Of a stretch of 64,000 nucleotides of DNA, positions 45,672 to 55,621 are shown in pieces; the stretch's first letter is position 1; each line of letters starts with the position of its first letter. Location of the stretch: positions 119 to 64,118 of the forward strand of contig DAHXOQ010000001.1 of assembly GCA_027364815.1 (NCBI GenBank), read 5' to 3'. Source of the stretch: Acidobacteriaceae bacterium (GTDB taxonomy: Bacteria > Acidobacteriota > Terriglobia > Terriglobales > Acidobacteriaceae). The notes under the pieces were generated by a model. That model searched no databases. It was not told where the DNA came from and worked only from the letters and a program-made list of their open reading frames with translations. The translations under genes and the position numbers were made by a program.

Positions 45672-46565
45672 TTGTTTACCGAAAGGAAATTTGTGAGTCA
45701 GAAGAATAATCAAGTTGCTGGAAGTGATGAAATAGTCGACATTTCCATTGCGCATAGTCCGGATTCAGATGATGCATTCATGTTTTACGGGTTGGCTACA
45801 AACAAAATCCGCGTGCCGGGATACCGCTTCAATCACACGCTGACTGATATTGAAACTCTTAATCATCGCGCCATCAATGATGCTTTTTACGACATTACCG
45901 CAGTCTCTTTCCATGCCTACCCCTACATGCAGGAACATTACACACTGATGGGATGCGGCGGCAGCGTGGGAGAAGGCTATGGGCCCATGGTCATCTCAAG
46001 CAAAGACCGTTTACCTGGGGATCTCGAAGGCATCCGCGTTGCAGTTCCCGGAACACTGACCACGGCGATGCTTGCTCTCAAAATCTTCAACCCAAAGATT
46101 GATACCGTTGTTGTTCCATTTGACCAGATCATTCCAGAAGTGCTTGCCGGCAATTTTGAAGCAGGCCTGATCATTCACGAAGGTCAGTTGACTTACGCAC
46201 ACAATGGTCTCAAGAAGGTGATCGACCTCGCTGTCTGGTGGCAGGAGCAAACCGGCATGATTCTACCCCTCGGCGGTAATGCGGTGCGCCGCTCCTTTAG
46301 CCCTGAGCGGTTGAAGATTCTTACTGCCGCAGTGCGCGACAGTATCCAGCATGGCTTGGACAATCGTGAATCTGCCCTGGAGTACGCTATGCAATTTGCG
46401 CGCGACCTCGACACAAATCTCGCCAGCCGTTTTGTGAGCATGTACGTCAACGAACGCACGATCGATTTTGGCAAGGATGGTCGCGCGGCAATTCACAAAC
46501 TTCTCGAAGTCGGCTATGAAAAAGGCATCATCACAGTCAAGCCAAAAATAGATTTCGTAGACTGA
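45672..46565 (+). CDS. mqnD: menaquinone biosynthesis protein of the MqnA/MqnD family (1,4-dihydroxy-6-naphthoate synthase-like)
   Basis: AHSPDSDDAFMFYGL..DIETLN..ITAVSFHAY..GYGPMV matches the remembered MqnD pattern (HSPCPNDTF..D.E.LN..SFHAY). Start uncertain (TTG in the track). Confidence 0.65.
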   Translation: MFTERKFVSQKNNQVAGSDEIVDISIAHSPDSDDAFMFYGLATNKIRVPGYRFNHTLTDIETLNHRAINDAFYDITAVSFHAYPYMQEHYTLMGCGGSVGEGYGPMVISSKDRLPGDLEGIRVAVPGTLTTAMLALKIFNPKIDTVVVPFDQIIPEVLAGNFEAGLIIHEGQLTYAHNGLKKVIDLAVWWQEQTGMILPLGGNAVRRSFSPERLKILTAAVRDSIQHGLDNRESALEYAMQFARDLDTNLASRFVSMYVNERTIDFGKDGRAAIHKLLEVGYEKGIITVKPKIDFVD

Positions 46566-46584
46566 TTCTCAGTACGCAATTAAG

Positions 46585-46616
46585 AAGCGGCCAATCTTTC
46601 ATTAGATTGGCCGCTT
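46585..46616 (+). terminator. intrinsic terminator after mqnD
   Basis: AAGCGGCCAATCT-ttcatt-AGATTGGCCGCTT, a 13-bp stem followed by ttga ttc. Confidence 0.7.
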
Positions 46617-46755
46617 TTGATTCTGCAACTGCCCAAATTCTTTACACATTTTCATCTTCCTCGGAATCACCCATAGATATTTTCTAATCTTTACTTCCAG
46701 CCACTAAATATCCTCTCATCTTTGCCGATGTACTCCGAAGAGGATACGGTGAACG

Positions 46756-47745
46756 ATGGATTCTCAACATGAACTCACTTTGGATACCCGACGTGTCATC
46801 CTTGCCACGGACAAGCAGGAACTATTTGAGAAATGCGAGTCTACAATCAAGAATACCGGATGGATTTTAGCCACCGCGACTACTGCTGAGGCTGCCCTTT
46901 CTCTTATCTCAGCGCCAAACTCGCCTGGAATCCTGCTTCTCGACGCAGACCTGCCGGGCATGAGCACGCTTCAGTTGCTCGCAGCCACACGCGGCGAAGG
47001 GGCGCGCAATTATCCAATCGTACTTGTGGCCGAGCTTCTCAGTGATGAAATGAATGAACGACTGATCCACGGCGACATTGATGACTTTATCCCTGCAAGC
47101 GCCGACTCGTACTACTGGCAGTTGCGTATTGAATCTGCCATGCGCGGAAAAAAATTGCTATGCGAGGTGGAGCATTTACGTGAAGCCGCTCTCTTGCACT
47201 CGCAATTCGATTCACTGACTGGTGCATACAATCGCGAAACTCTGCTCACCATGCTCTTCCGCGAGACGGATCGAGTTCAGAGGTCGAAAGAGACACTTTG
47301 CATGATTCTCTTTGACATTGACGATTTCGGCCACTGGAATGCGCTCTACGGTTCTACGGTTTGTAACGATCTCTTGTGCCAGATCGTAATGCGAACCCGT
47401 CGTCTCTTGCGCAGTTACGACCTGATCGGACGCGCCGGTAAGGACGAGTTCGTTGTCGCTCTCCCTGGGTGCAGCGGAGTCAATGCCGTCATGCTAGCCG
47501 AGCGGCTACATCAGGAAGTTTTTTCGCTACCATACGCGACTGCTAGCCAGAATATCCATCTCACTGCCTGCTTTGGCCTGTCCATGAGTCGCGGTCGTTC
47601 TCCAGTCGTTGTTCTGCGCGAGGCCGAACAAGCATTGCAGCAAGCCAAAATGAAAGGGCCTGAAACCATACAGTTCTTCAATGTTGAAGGGATGTCAATG
47701 AGCGCTCTCGAGTTGCCTGACTCACATTCCGACGAACTCCTCTGA
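46756..47745 (+). CDS. response regulator with REC domain and a degenerate GGDEF domain (GKDEF)
   Basis: REC: ILLLDADLPGMS. GGDEF domain: DSLTGAYNRE..LFDIDDF..RSYDLIGRAGKDEFVVALPG. The signature is G-K-D-E-F and an RxxD motif lies 5 aa upstream. Confidence 0.8.
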   Translation: MDSQHELTLDTRRVILATDKQELFEKCESTIKNTGWILATATTAEAALSLISAPNSPGILLLDADLPGMSTLQLLAATRGEGARNYPIVLVAELLSDEMNERLIHGDIDDFIPASADSYYWQLRIESAMRGKKLLCEVEHLREAALLHSQFDSLTGAYNRETLLTMLFRETDRVQRSKETLCMILFDIDDFGHWNALYGSTVCNDLLCQIVMRTRRLLRSYDLIGRAGKDEFVVALPGCSGVNAVMLAERLHQEVFSLPYATASQNIHLTACFGLSMSRGRSPVVVLREAEQALQQAKMKGPETIQFFNVEGMSMSALELPDSHSDELL

Positions 47746-47789
47746 TAGTTGCGTCTGCTGCACATTGTCGGCTGTTGTATCATCGGCTT

Positions 47790-48005
47790 ATGTCGAGTTC
47801 TCAGTTTTCATTACGCATCGATGGCATGCACTGCGGTTCTTGTGTGCGCCGCGTGACTCAGGCCCTCAGCACAGTTGATGGACTCCAGGTAGACGAAGTT
47901 CGCATCGGCGCCGCGCGCCTACAATCAACCCTTCCCGAACCACCTGTGACTGCCGCAATCGCATCGCTCGCCAAGATCGGTTTCACCGCGCATCAGGATG
48001 AGTAG
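47790..48005 (+). CDS. copZ: heavy-metal-associated copper chaperone CopZ-like protein
   Basis: GMHCGSCVRRV (MxCxxC) in a 71-aa HMA fold. ATG at 47790. Confidence 0.8.
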   Translation: MSSSQFSLRIDGMHCGSCVRRVTQALSTVDGLQVDEVRIGAARLQSTLPEPPVTAAIASLAKIGFTAHQDE

Positions 48006-48008
48006 TCC

Positions 48009-50315
48009 ATGAGCATCGAGGCGACTCAAAACGCGCAGAGCTCACTAACTCACTCCTCATCCATCACCTTTCCCGTTCTCAGCATGAGTTGTGCCGCCTG
48101 TCAACATCATGTCGAGGCAGCCCTCATCAATGCTTCAGGAGTTCAAAGTGCGCGCGTCGATCTGATGGGGCATCGCGCAACGGTGCTCTTTGACTCGGCT
48201 CTCACTACCCCGCAAAATCTCATTGACGCCATTCGCGCTTCGGGTTACGACGCAGTTCTGCCACGCACAAATCAAGGCGAAGAAAGAGCCGATTCCGCTA
48301 GCCGGGCAACCGAGAAACAAGCTAACATTCGCACAAAAGTTGCAATTAGCGCCGGATTTTTAGCCATGATCTTCTCCATGCCACTCGGCAGTGAGATGGG
48401 CGCTCTCGATCAGCAACTGATGCGCATACTCCCCGCTCTCTATCGAATTCCCCAATATCCGCTGCGCTGGTCGCTGCTGCTCATCACACTTGCCGGCGCT
48501 CTCTGGGCTGGCAGAGGCATCTACCTCGCCGCATTGCGCGCACTGCGTCACGGCGCAACAAACATGAACACGCTTGTCGCGCTCGGCACAAGCGTCGCAC
48601 TTTGTTACTCCGCATACGCTACCATTTTTCCCGCACCTGGCCGAGCCGTCTACTTCGATGCGGTCTTGCTCATCCTCGGATTTATGCTCGCGGGAAAGTC
48701 TCTGGAAGCACGCGCCAAACGCCGCGCCATGGCCGCGCTCGATGCACTTTCCCATGTCCGGCCCAACACTGCGCGCCGTATTAGTGGAGAAGCAAAGACC
48801 ACGGAAATCATTCCACTTGAAAAGATTATAGTTGGTGATTCCATTCTTATTCTTCCCGGCGAACGTTTCCCTGTGGATGGTCTGATCATCGAAGGCCGTA
48901 CTACCGTCGACGAATCAATGCTGACGGGCGAATCAATTCCACTCGAGCGCACTATCGGTTCTCACGTTCTCGCCGGCTCGCTCAATTACGATGGCGCCGT
49001 CCTCTGCCGCGCTGAATCACTTGGCGAAGCTACAGTGCTCGCGCGCATTGAACAACTTGTTCAGGAGGCGCAATCTTCCCGCACTCCACTTGAAGGCCTC
49101 GCCGATCGAGCCAGCGCAATCTTTGTACCTGTCGTTCTGTGCATTGCCGCAACCACATTTCTCATCTGGTTTCTCGCCGCGCACAGCTTCCCCTTGGCTC
49201 TCGCCAACTCTGTCGCTGTGCTGGTCATCGCCTGCCCTTGCGCCATGGGGCTTGCAGTTCCAGCAGCACTTACAGTAGCAGTTGGCCGTGGCGCGCAACT
49301 CGGCCTCCTCTACAAGGGCGGCGAAGCATTAGAACGTCTGACGACACTTGAAGTTCTCCTGATGGACAAAACCGGAACCCTGACCATCGGCAGGCCCGTG
49401 CTCACGCAAACACATTGTTTCAACGCCGTCACTGAAGACAAAATACTGCGCATTGCCGCTGCTGCGGAAGAGCGCTCCAATCATCCCCTCGCCCACGCAA
49501 TCGTGGACGCAGCGAAAGCGCGTAGCATTGAATGGGCTCCCGCAGAATCCGTGCAGATACTCCCCGGTCGCGGTCTCTCAGCGCGTGTGGAAGGTATGGA
49601 TTGCCTGCTTGGCAACGAAGAGCTGCTGAAAGAATCTGGATTCAAACTCAACTCGACTGAAATTACAAATCTTCCTGCCGTTGAATCAGGTGTTACGCGT
49701 CTCTGGGTAGCACTCGATCAAACCATCGTTGGTTGCTTTGACGCTAAAGACCAATTGCGTCCCGGTGCTGTTGCTGCCGTTCAATCGCTTGAAAAACTCG
49801 GCCTCAAGCTGCGCATCCTTACTGGCGACTCGGCCAATGCCGCCGCACCCATCGCTCATGAAGTCGGCATTCAAGCCGTTGAAGCCGGCCTCGATCCACT
49901 CGGCAAGCTCTCGCGCATTCGCTCACTGCAAGCCGAAGGCCTGCACGTTGGAATGGTCGGCGATGGAATCAACGACGCGGCCGCTCTCGCACAAGCTGAC
50001 GCGGGAATCGCACTCGGCTCCGGCGCTGACCTTGCGCAAGAGGCTGGCGAAGTTCTTCTCCTGCGCTCAGACCCTGCGCTGATTCCCGCTTCAATCGAAC
50101 TTGCCCGCGCCACCCTCCGCATCATGCGCGAAAACCTCCTCTGGGCCGCTCTCTACAACATTCTCGGCATTCCACTGGCCGCTGGCGCGCTCTACCCCAG
50201 CTATCACATTCTGCTCAGTCCATGGATTGCCTCCGCGGCGATGGCCTTCAGCTCCATCAGCGTTCTGGCCAACAGCCTCAGATTGAGAAAATGGTCTCCT
50301 GCTAAAAACTCCTGA
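48009..50315 (+). CDS. copA: copper-translocating P1B-type ATPase
   Basis: N-terminal HMA (MSCAACQHHV), CPC (IACPCAMGLA), DKTGTLT, GDGINDAAAL, YN..P (ALYNILGIPLAAG) and M..SS (MAFSSISV). Confidence 0.92.
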   Translation: MSIEATQNAQSSLTHSSSITFPVLSMSCAACQHHVEAALINASGVQSARVDLMGHRATVLFDSALTTPQNLIDAIRASGYDAVLPRTNQGEERADSASRATEKQANIRTKVAISAGFLAMIFSMPLGSEMGALDQQLMRILPALYRIPQYPLRWSLLLITLAGALWAGRGIYLAALRALRHGATNMNTLVALGTSVALCYSAYATIFPAPGRAVYFDAVLLILGFMLAGKSLEARAKRRAMAALDALSHVRPNTARRISGEAKTTEIIPLEKIIVGDSILILPGERFPVDGLIIEGRTTVDESMLTGESIPLERTIGSHVLAGSLNYDGAVLCRAESLGEATVLARIEQLVQEAQSSRTPLEGLADRASAIFVPVVLCIAATTFLIWFLAAHSFPLALANSVAVLVIACPCAMGLAVPAALTVAVGRGAQLGLLYKGGEALERLTTLEVLLMDKTGTLTIGRPVLTQTHCFNAVTEDKILRIAAAAEERSNHPLAHAIVDAAKARSIEWAPAESVQILPGRGLSARVEGMDCLLGNEELLKESGFKLNSTEITNLPAVESGVTRLWVALDQTIVGCFDAKDQLRPGAVAAVQSLEKLGLKLRILTGDSANAAAPIAHEVGIQAVEAGLDPLGKLSRIRSLQAEGLHVGMVGDGINDAAALAQADAGIALGSGADLAQEAGEVLLLRSDPALIPASIELARATLRIMRENLLWAALYNILGIPLAAGALYPSYHILLSPWIASAAMAFSSISVLANSLRLRKWSPAKNS

Positions 50316-50427
50316 ACTGCTTTTATTTCAATCAGATTGTTGCTCACCCATTCGCTCTCTCGCGTTAAACTAAAGTCACGCGTGACTAAGTGTTTAAATT
50401 GCCACGCGAATCGGTGAATCTGTCCCT

Positions 50428-52785
50428 GTGCGCATCCTGACCCGCTACATACTCGGCGAAATCTTCTCGCACACGCTCATCGGCTGCGCGCTTTTCACCT
50501 TTATACTCTTCATGCGCGATCTGCCACACATCCTTGAGATGGTGGTTCGCAACAGCTCTTCTTTTATCAACGTTTTTCAGGTCTTTCTCTTCACCATGCC
50601 CGAAACTTTCATGGTCACCATCCCCATGGCCGTTCTCGTTGGCATTCTACTTGGGCTTGGCCGCCTGGCCTCAGACAGCGAGATTACGGCCATGCGCGCT
50701 TCCGGCCTCGGTATCGGTTACTTCCTGCGCGTCTCGGCCATCATTGCTGTCAGCGGAACCATTATCGGCCTCTTTAACTCACTCTATGTTGCACCGCGTT
50801 CCCAGCAGGCTATTCTCGATCTCGAACAAAGCCTAGCAACCTCCCAGGCATCGTACGAAATTCAACCGCGCGTCTTCATTGAAGAGTTCAAGAACTCTGC
50901 CATCTATGTTCAGGATGTGAAGTCTGGCGCGGGAGCGACAAACTGGCGGCAAATCTTCATGGCCGACCTCAAAAACCCTGATGCACCCAAGATCACTACT
51001 GCCGAGTCAGCCACCGTCGTCAACGACAATTCTCAGGTTCTGCTGATGCGTCTGCGCAATGGTGCGGAGCACGAAACAGGCGAGACACAGGATCAGTACA
51101 ACGTATCAACTTTTAATACCACTGATCGGCCACTAGTCTTAAGCCCACAGAGTGACGTGCATCTCGGACGCGTTGACACACCCATCTACGCAATGCCCAA
51201 CAGAGCGTTGCTCAATCACATGCACGATTCTGACGGTCGTCGCTACGAACTCGAGTTCCACAAACGCTTTGCCTATCCCGCAGCATGCCTCGTCCTCATG
51301 CTCGTCGGCGTTCCGCTGGGCGCTGCCTCACGCAGGGGCGGAAAAAGCTCCGGCTTTGTGCTCACCATCGTTCTTTTTTTTCTTTACTACTTTCTCTCCT
51401 CAACTGGAATTGCACTTGGAAGGCAAAATAAAATTCCCGCATTCGTCGCGGTTTGGTCGGCAAATTTCCTTTTCGCGGCGGTCGGCAGTTTTCTGCTTTG
51501 GCAGATGGCCCGTGGCGGGAACCTGCTCAACGCGTTGACTGGCTGGATGACACGCACACCAAAGGAAGAGAATGGAACAAATGGAATCAAGGAATCGCCG
51601 AAGATTGAAAAGTCACAAGTAATTGCACATTTTTTTTCGAATTTATTCCGTAGCAGGCAACGGCTCCCGCGCACGGTCTTCCCGCGCATTCTTGACGAGT
51701 ACGTAATCCGCGAATTTCTCACAACATTTGCAATGGTGCTGGCGGGCTTTGTGATGCTCATGCTGGTATTCACCGGCTTCGAGCTCATCGGTGACGTTAT
51801 TCGTAACCACATCAAGCTCTCCATCGTCGGCGCTTACCTCTTCAATCTTGCCCCAAGCATGATTTACGCCATCACACCTCTCGGCGTGCTCATAGCTGTT
51901 CTCGTCACCTTCGGCGTACTCAACCGCAACAGCGAGCTCGTCGCAATGAAGGCTACGGGAATTTCAATCTACCGGTTGGTCATTCCAATTCTGCTCATCT
52001 CTGCCATACTCGCCGCCGGACTTTTTCTCTTTGATCAGTACTATCTACCCCAGGCCAATCGCCGCCAGGAGGCTCTGCGCAGCACTATTAAAGGCCGCCC
52101 GCCACGCACCTTTCTCAACCCTGAACAGCAATGGATTTTTGGACAGCAAGAACCAGGCCAGCCTTCGAGAATCTTTTATTACAAGCTCTTTGACTCAGAC
52201 AAACAGGAGTTCGTCGATCTCTCCCTTTTTGAATTTGACCCTAAAACATTCTCCATCTCGCGGCGCGTCTTTGCAGAGCATGTGATTTGGAATCCTCTGA
52301 GCAATTCCTGGGATTTTGAAAATGGATGGAAGCGCGATCTGGACGGCGCCAACACAACCGACTATCGCGAATTCCTTAAAGCACAATTCCCTGAAGTGCG
52401 CGAGGACCCTTCCTACTTCAAAAAGGAAAATCTCCAGTCGCAGGAGATGAACTTCGGCCAACTCGAGCGTTACATAGCCGATCTCAGGCAAAGTGGTTTC
52501 GACACTATGCGCCTGCGCGTCGAACTTTGGCACAAGATCGCTTACCCGCTCGTCACCATCATCATGGCCATGCTCGCCATTCCCTTTGCGCTTGCCATGG
52601 GCCGCCGAGGTTCGCTCACCAGCATCGCTGTCGCCATCGGCGTGGCGCTCGCTTACTGGGTTGTGCAAGGTCTTTTTGAAGCCATGGGTAACGTTAACTA
52701 CCTTCCTGCGCTGGTCGCCGCGTGGAGTCCTGACATTCTCTTCGGTCTCACGGGTGGCTATTTGCTGCTCCGAACCCCGACATAA
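50428..52785 (+). CDS. fused LptF-LptG (YjgP/YjgQ family) LPS export permease
   Basis: Two complete permease modules in one 785-aa ORF. The first starts MRILTRYILGEIF, the second FPRILDEYVIREFLTTF near aa 410. Each has TM segments, a periplasmic beta-jellyroll region and more TM segments. GTG start. Confidence 0.8.
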   Translation: MRILTRYILGEIFSHTLIGCALFTFILFMRDLPHILEMVVRNSSSFINVFQVFLFTMPETFMVTIPMAVLVGILLGLGRLASDSEITAMRASGLGIGYFLRVSAIIAVSGTIIGLFNSLYVAPRSQQAILDLEQSLATSQASYEIQPRVFIEEFKNSAIYVQDVKSGAGATNWRQIFMADLKNPDAPKITTAESATVVNDNSQVLLMRLRNGAEHETGETQDQYNVSTFNTTDRPLVLSPQSDVHLGRVDTPIYAMPNRALLNHMHDSDGRRYELEFHKRFAYPAACLVLMLVGVPLGAASRRGGKSSGFVLTIVLFFLYYFLSSTGIALGRQNKIPAFVAVWSANFLFAAVGSFLLWQMARGGNLLNALTGWMTRTPKEENGTNGIKESPKIEKSQVIAHFFSNLFRSRQRLPRTVFPRILDEYVIREFLTTFAMVLAGFVMLMLVFTGFELIGDVIRNHIKLSIVGAYLFNLAPSMIYAITPLGVLIAVLVTFGVLNRNSELVAMKATGISIYRLVIPILLISAILAAGLFLFDQYYLPQANRRQEALRSTIKGRPPRTFLNPEQQWIFGQQEPGQPSRIFYYKLFDSDKQEFVDLSLFEFDPKTFSISRRVFAEHVIWNPLSNSWDFENGWKRDLDGANTTDYREFLKAQFPEVREDPSYFKKENLQSQEMNFGQLERYIADLRQSGFDTMRLRVELWHKIAYPLVTIIMAMLAIPFALAMGRRGSLTSIAVAIGVALAYWVVQGLFEAMGNVNYLPALVAAWSPDILFGLTGGYLLLRTPT

Positions 52786-52790
52786 TTTAT

Positions 52791-55580
52791 TTACTCTTTT
52801 AGATCGCGCCAGTTCGGCCCAAAAGCCAAGTCGGCTATCAGTGGCACCTTCAACTCCACAACTTGCTCCATCCGGCTACGCACAATTTCAGCAACAGCCG
52901 CGCACTCTTCATCAGGAACCTCAAAGAGCAGCTCGTCATGAACCTGCAGCACCATCCGCGTCTTCAGTTTCCGCGCTTCAAGCTCCTTAGCTATCGCAAT
53001 CATCGCCAACTTGATCAAATCAGCCGCAGTCCCCTGCAGCGGGGTATTCACCGCCGTCCTCTCTGCAAATCCGCGCTGATTCGGGTTCCTGCTCTGAATA
53101 TCCGGAATCGGCCTGACGCGCCCAAACATCGTCCGCACACTGCCATCGCGTCGCGTCTGTTCCAATGTTTTGTCGATGAACGCTTTCACTCCGACGTAGC
53201 GTGCAAAATATCGGTCAATGTAAGCGCGTGATTCCTGCTGCGGAATTCCCAACTGCGCCGCTAATCCAAACGGTGAAATCCCGTAGACAATTCCGAAGTT
53301 CACGGCCTTCGCACGATTGCGCGTTTCCTTACTCATCGTCTCCGGCGCAATGCCGAAAACCTCGCTCGCCGTCAGCGTATGAATATCCTCATTGTTTTTG
53401 TACGCACGCATCAGCAACGGATCCTCACTGAAATGCGCCATCAACCTCAGCTCAATCTGTGAGTAATCCGCCGAGAGCATCGAACACCCCGGTGAAGCCA
53501 CAAAGGCCGCACGAATCTCACGGCCCAACTCTGTCCGAATGGGAATATTCTGCAGATTCGGATTCGTCGAAGAAAGCCGTCCCGTCGCCGTTGCCGCTGC
53601 ATTGAAGGTCGTATGCACACGCGAGTTTGAATCAATCAGCAACGGCAACGCATCAATGTAATTCGACTTGAGCTTCGAGAGATGCCTGTACTCAAGCACC
53701 ATCCGAGGCACCTCGCTCTCTTCAGCAAGCTGTTCCAGTACATCCTGCGCCGTCGAAAATCCTTTAGACTTCCCTGACTTACCCGGAGCAGTCAATCCCA
53801 AATCTTTGAAGAGCACCTCACCCAGTTGTTTCGGGCTGTTAATGTTGAACTGTTTCCCTGCCCGCTTGTAAATTTCCTCGCCCACGCGATGAATCTCCGT
53901 GGCAAAGCGCATCGATAGAGTTCCCAGCAACTTCACGTCAACACGCACGCCTACCTTCTCCATCTCATACAAAACCGGAGCCAACGGCAGATCAATCTTC
54001 GTATAAACATCCATCAATTTTGAAGATTCAAGTTTCTCTTTCAGCAGCATTACCAACTCGCGCACACTCGCCGCTGCCCCGGCAGCGCTATTCGGCGCCG
54101 CCAATCCAGCTCTCGCTGCAACATCTGCGAGCGTCTGTGTTGAGTGCGTCGGATTCAGCGCATACGAAAGCAGCATTGTGTCGTCCACAACCCCGCGCAG
54201 CTTCACTTCCTGTTTTGCGAGCGCATGCAGCATGGACTTCCAATCATGAATCTGTTTGGGGATACTCTCATCTTCAAGCAGTGCGCGCAAATCGGTGCGC
54301 AGCGGCAATCGAAGCGCGATATCAGCATTCGCGCAAAGCCCCACGTAAACTGTGGTGTCTTTCCCTGCCGCATCCATCATGTCAAGCAGTGAGAGATTCT
54401 GCTGCGGCGCATCTTCTCCGCTCTCAGCTTCTTCCGAATCGACAGCCTCGCTCTTACCCGACCGCGCCTTTCCCAGCGCTGATTCCAGCACGAATGCAAA
54501 ACCACTTTTACGCGCGCTCTCAAAAAGTGCCGCTGTCTCTTCCGCACTTGGCTCATCAATCAATCGCGCTGTGTGAGAAGTGGAAGAAGTGGAATCCTCA
54601 GCAGTCTTGGCCGAAGAATCTCCCGATTTATCTGGCGGTGCCATCGCCGAAAGTTCCCGCAACATCGTTGTAAACTCAAGTTCCGTAAACAGTGCGCGGC
54701 TCGCCTCAATATCCGGCGCTTGCGTCACCATCTCAGCCAGATTAAACTCCAGCGGCACATGGCTATCAATCGTCACCAATTCCTTCGAGAGCAACACTGT
54801 CGCACGATTCTGCTCCAACGACTCGCGGTAGCTTTTACGTTTCACTTCGGCAGCGCGATCGAGCACTGCCTCCACCGATCCAAATTGCTGAATCAGCTCC
54901 ACACTTCCCTTATCGCCAATCCCCGGCGCGCCGGGTACGTTGTCGACTGTATCCCCACGTAGCGCCATCACATCCACAACCTGTGCAGGCGGCACTCCAA
55001 GCACCTCCTGCACCTTCGCTGGATCCAGAATCAAATTGTCCTTCTGCGGATTCAGCATATGCACCTGGTCCGTTACCAGCTGCATCATGTCCTTGTCGCC
55101 AGAGACGATGAAGACCTCGTGCGCCTGCTCGGCGGCTTCGCGCGCCAGCGTCCCGATCACGTCGTCCGCCTCAAAACCCTCGGCCTCCAGGATGGGAATG
55201 CGGAGAGCTTCGAGGGCGCGGCGAATGTAGGGAATCTGGCGGCGCAGGTCCTCGGGCATGGCGGCGCGGTTGGCCTTGTAGCCCTCGTAACTCACCTCGT
55301 CAAAGCTCTGCGTCTTCGCGTTCCACTTGCGCAGAGGCTTCATGGCGCGCGCACGTTCGTCGCGGAAAACCTCGCCGCTCACGTCAAACACGGCGGCAAA
55401 GTAGAGCGGCGAGAAATCCTGCCTGAGCTTCTTGATCATGTTCACAAACACGTAAATCGCCGCTGTCGGCAAGCCTGTCCGCGTTGACATCGGCCGTGAC
55501 CGCTGCATCGCGTGGTAAGCACGAAAGATGAAAGACATTGTGTCCAGCAGATAAACGCGCGGTTTGGTTTCGTTTGGCAT
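52791..55580 (-). CDS. polA: DNA polymerase I
   Basis: 5' nuclease N-terminus (LLDTMSFIFRAYHA), an exonuclease-like middle region, and Pol A motifs DYSQIELR, RRxAKAVNFGIVYG and QVHDELLFE. Trimmed to ATG 55580. Confidence 0.95.
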   Translation of the reverse strand: MPNETKPRVYLLDTMSFIFRAYHAMQRSRPMSTRTGLPTAAIYVFVNMIKKLRQDFSPLYFAAVFDVSGEVFRDERARAMKPLRKWNAKTQSFDEVSYEGYKANRAAMPEDLRRQIPYIRRALEALRIPILEAEGFEADDVIGTLAREAAEQAHEVFIVSGDKDMMQLVTDQVHMLNPQKDNLILDPAKVQEVLGVPPAQVVDVMALRGDTVDNVPGAPGIGDKGSVELIQQFGSVEAVLDRAAEVKRKSYRESLEQNRATVLLSKELVTIDSHVPLEFNLAEMVTQAPDIEASRALFTELEFTTMLRELSAMAPPDKSGDSSAKTAEDSTSSTSHTARLIDEPSAEETAALFESARKSGFAFVLESALGKARSGKSEAVDSEEAESGEDAPQQNLSLLDMMDAAGKDTTVYVGLCANADIALRLPLRTDLRALLEDESIPKQIHDWKSMLHALAKQEVKLRGVVDDTMLLSYALNPTHSTQTLADVAARAGLAAPNSAAGAAASVRELVMLLKEKLESSKLMDVYTKIDLPLAPVLYEMEKVGVRVDVKLLGTLSMRFATEIHRVGEEIYKRAGKQFNINSPKQLGEVLFKDLGLTAPGKSGKSKGFSTAQDVLEQLAEESEVPRMVLEYRHLSKLKSNYIDALPLLIDSNSRVHTTFNAAATATGRLSSTNPNLQNIPIRTELGREIRAAFVASPGCSMLSADYSQIELRLMAHFSEDPLLMRAYKNNEDIHTLTASEVFGIAPETMSKETRNRAKAVNFGIVYGISPFGLAAQLGIPQQESRAYIDRYFARYVGVKAFIDKTLEQTRRDGSVRTMFGRVRPIPDIQSRNPNQRGFAERTAVNTPLQGTAADLIKLAMIAIAKELEARKLKTRMVLQVHDELLFEVPDEECAAVAEIVRSRMEQVVELKVPLIADLAFGPNWRDLKE

Positions 55581-55621
55581 GCAAATGAAGTCTATCAACT
55601 TCGAGCCGTCTCCAGCGAGAA

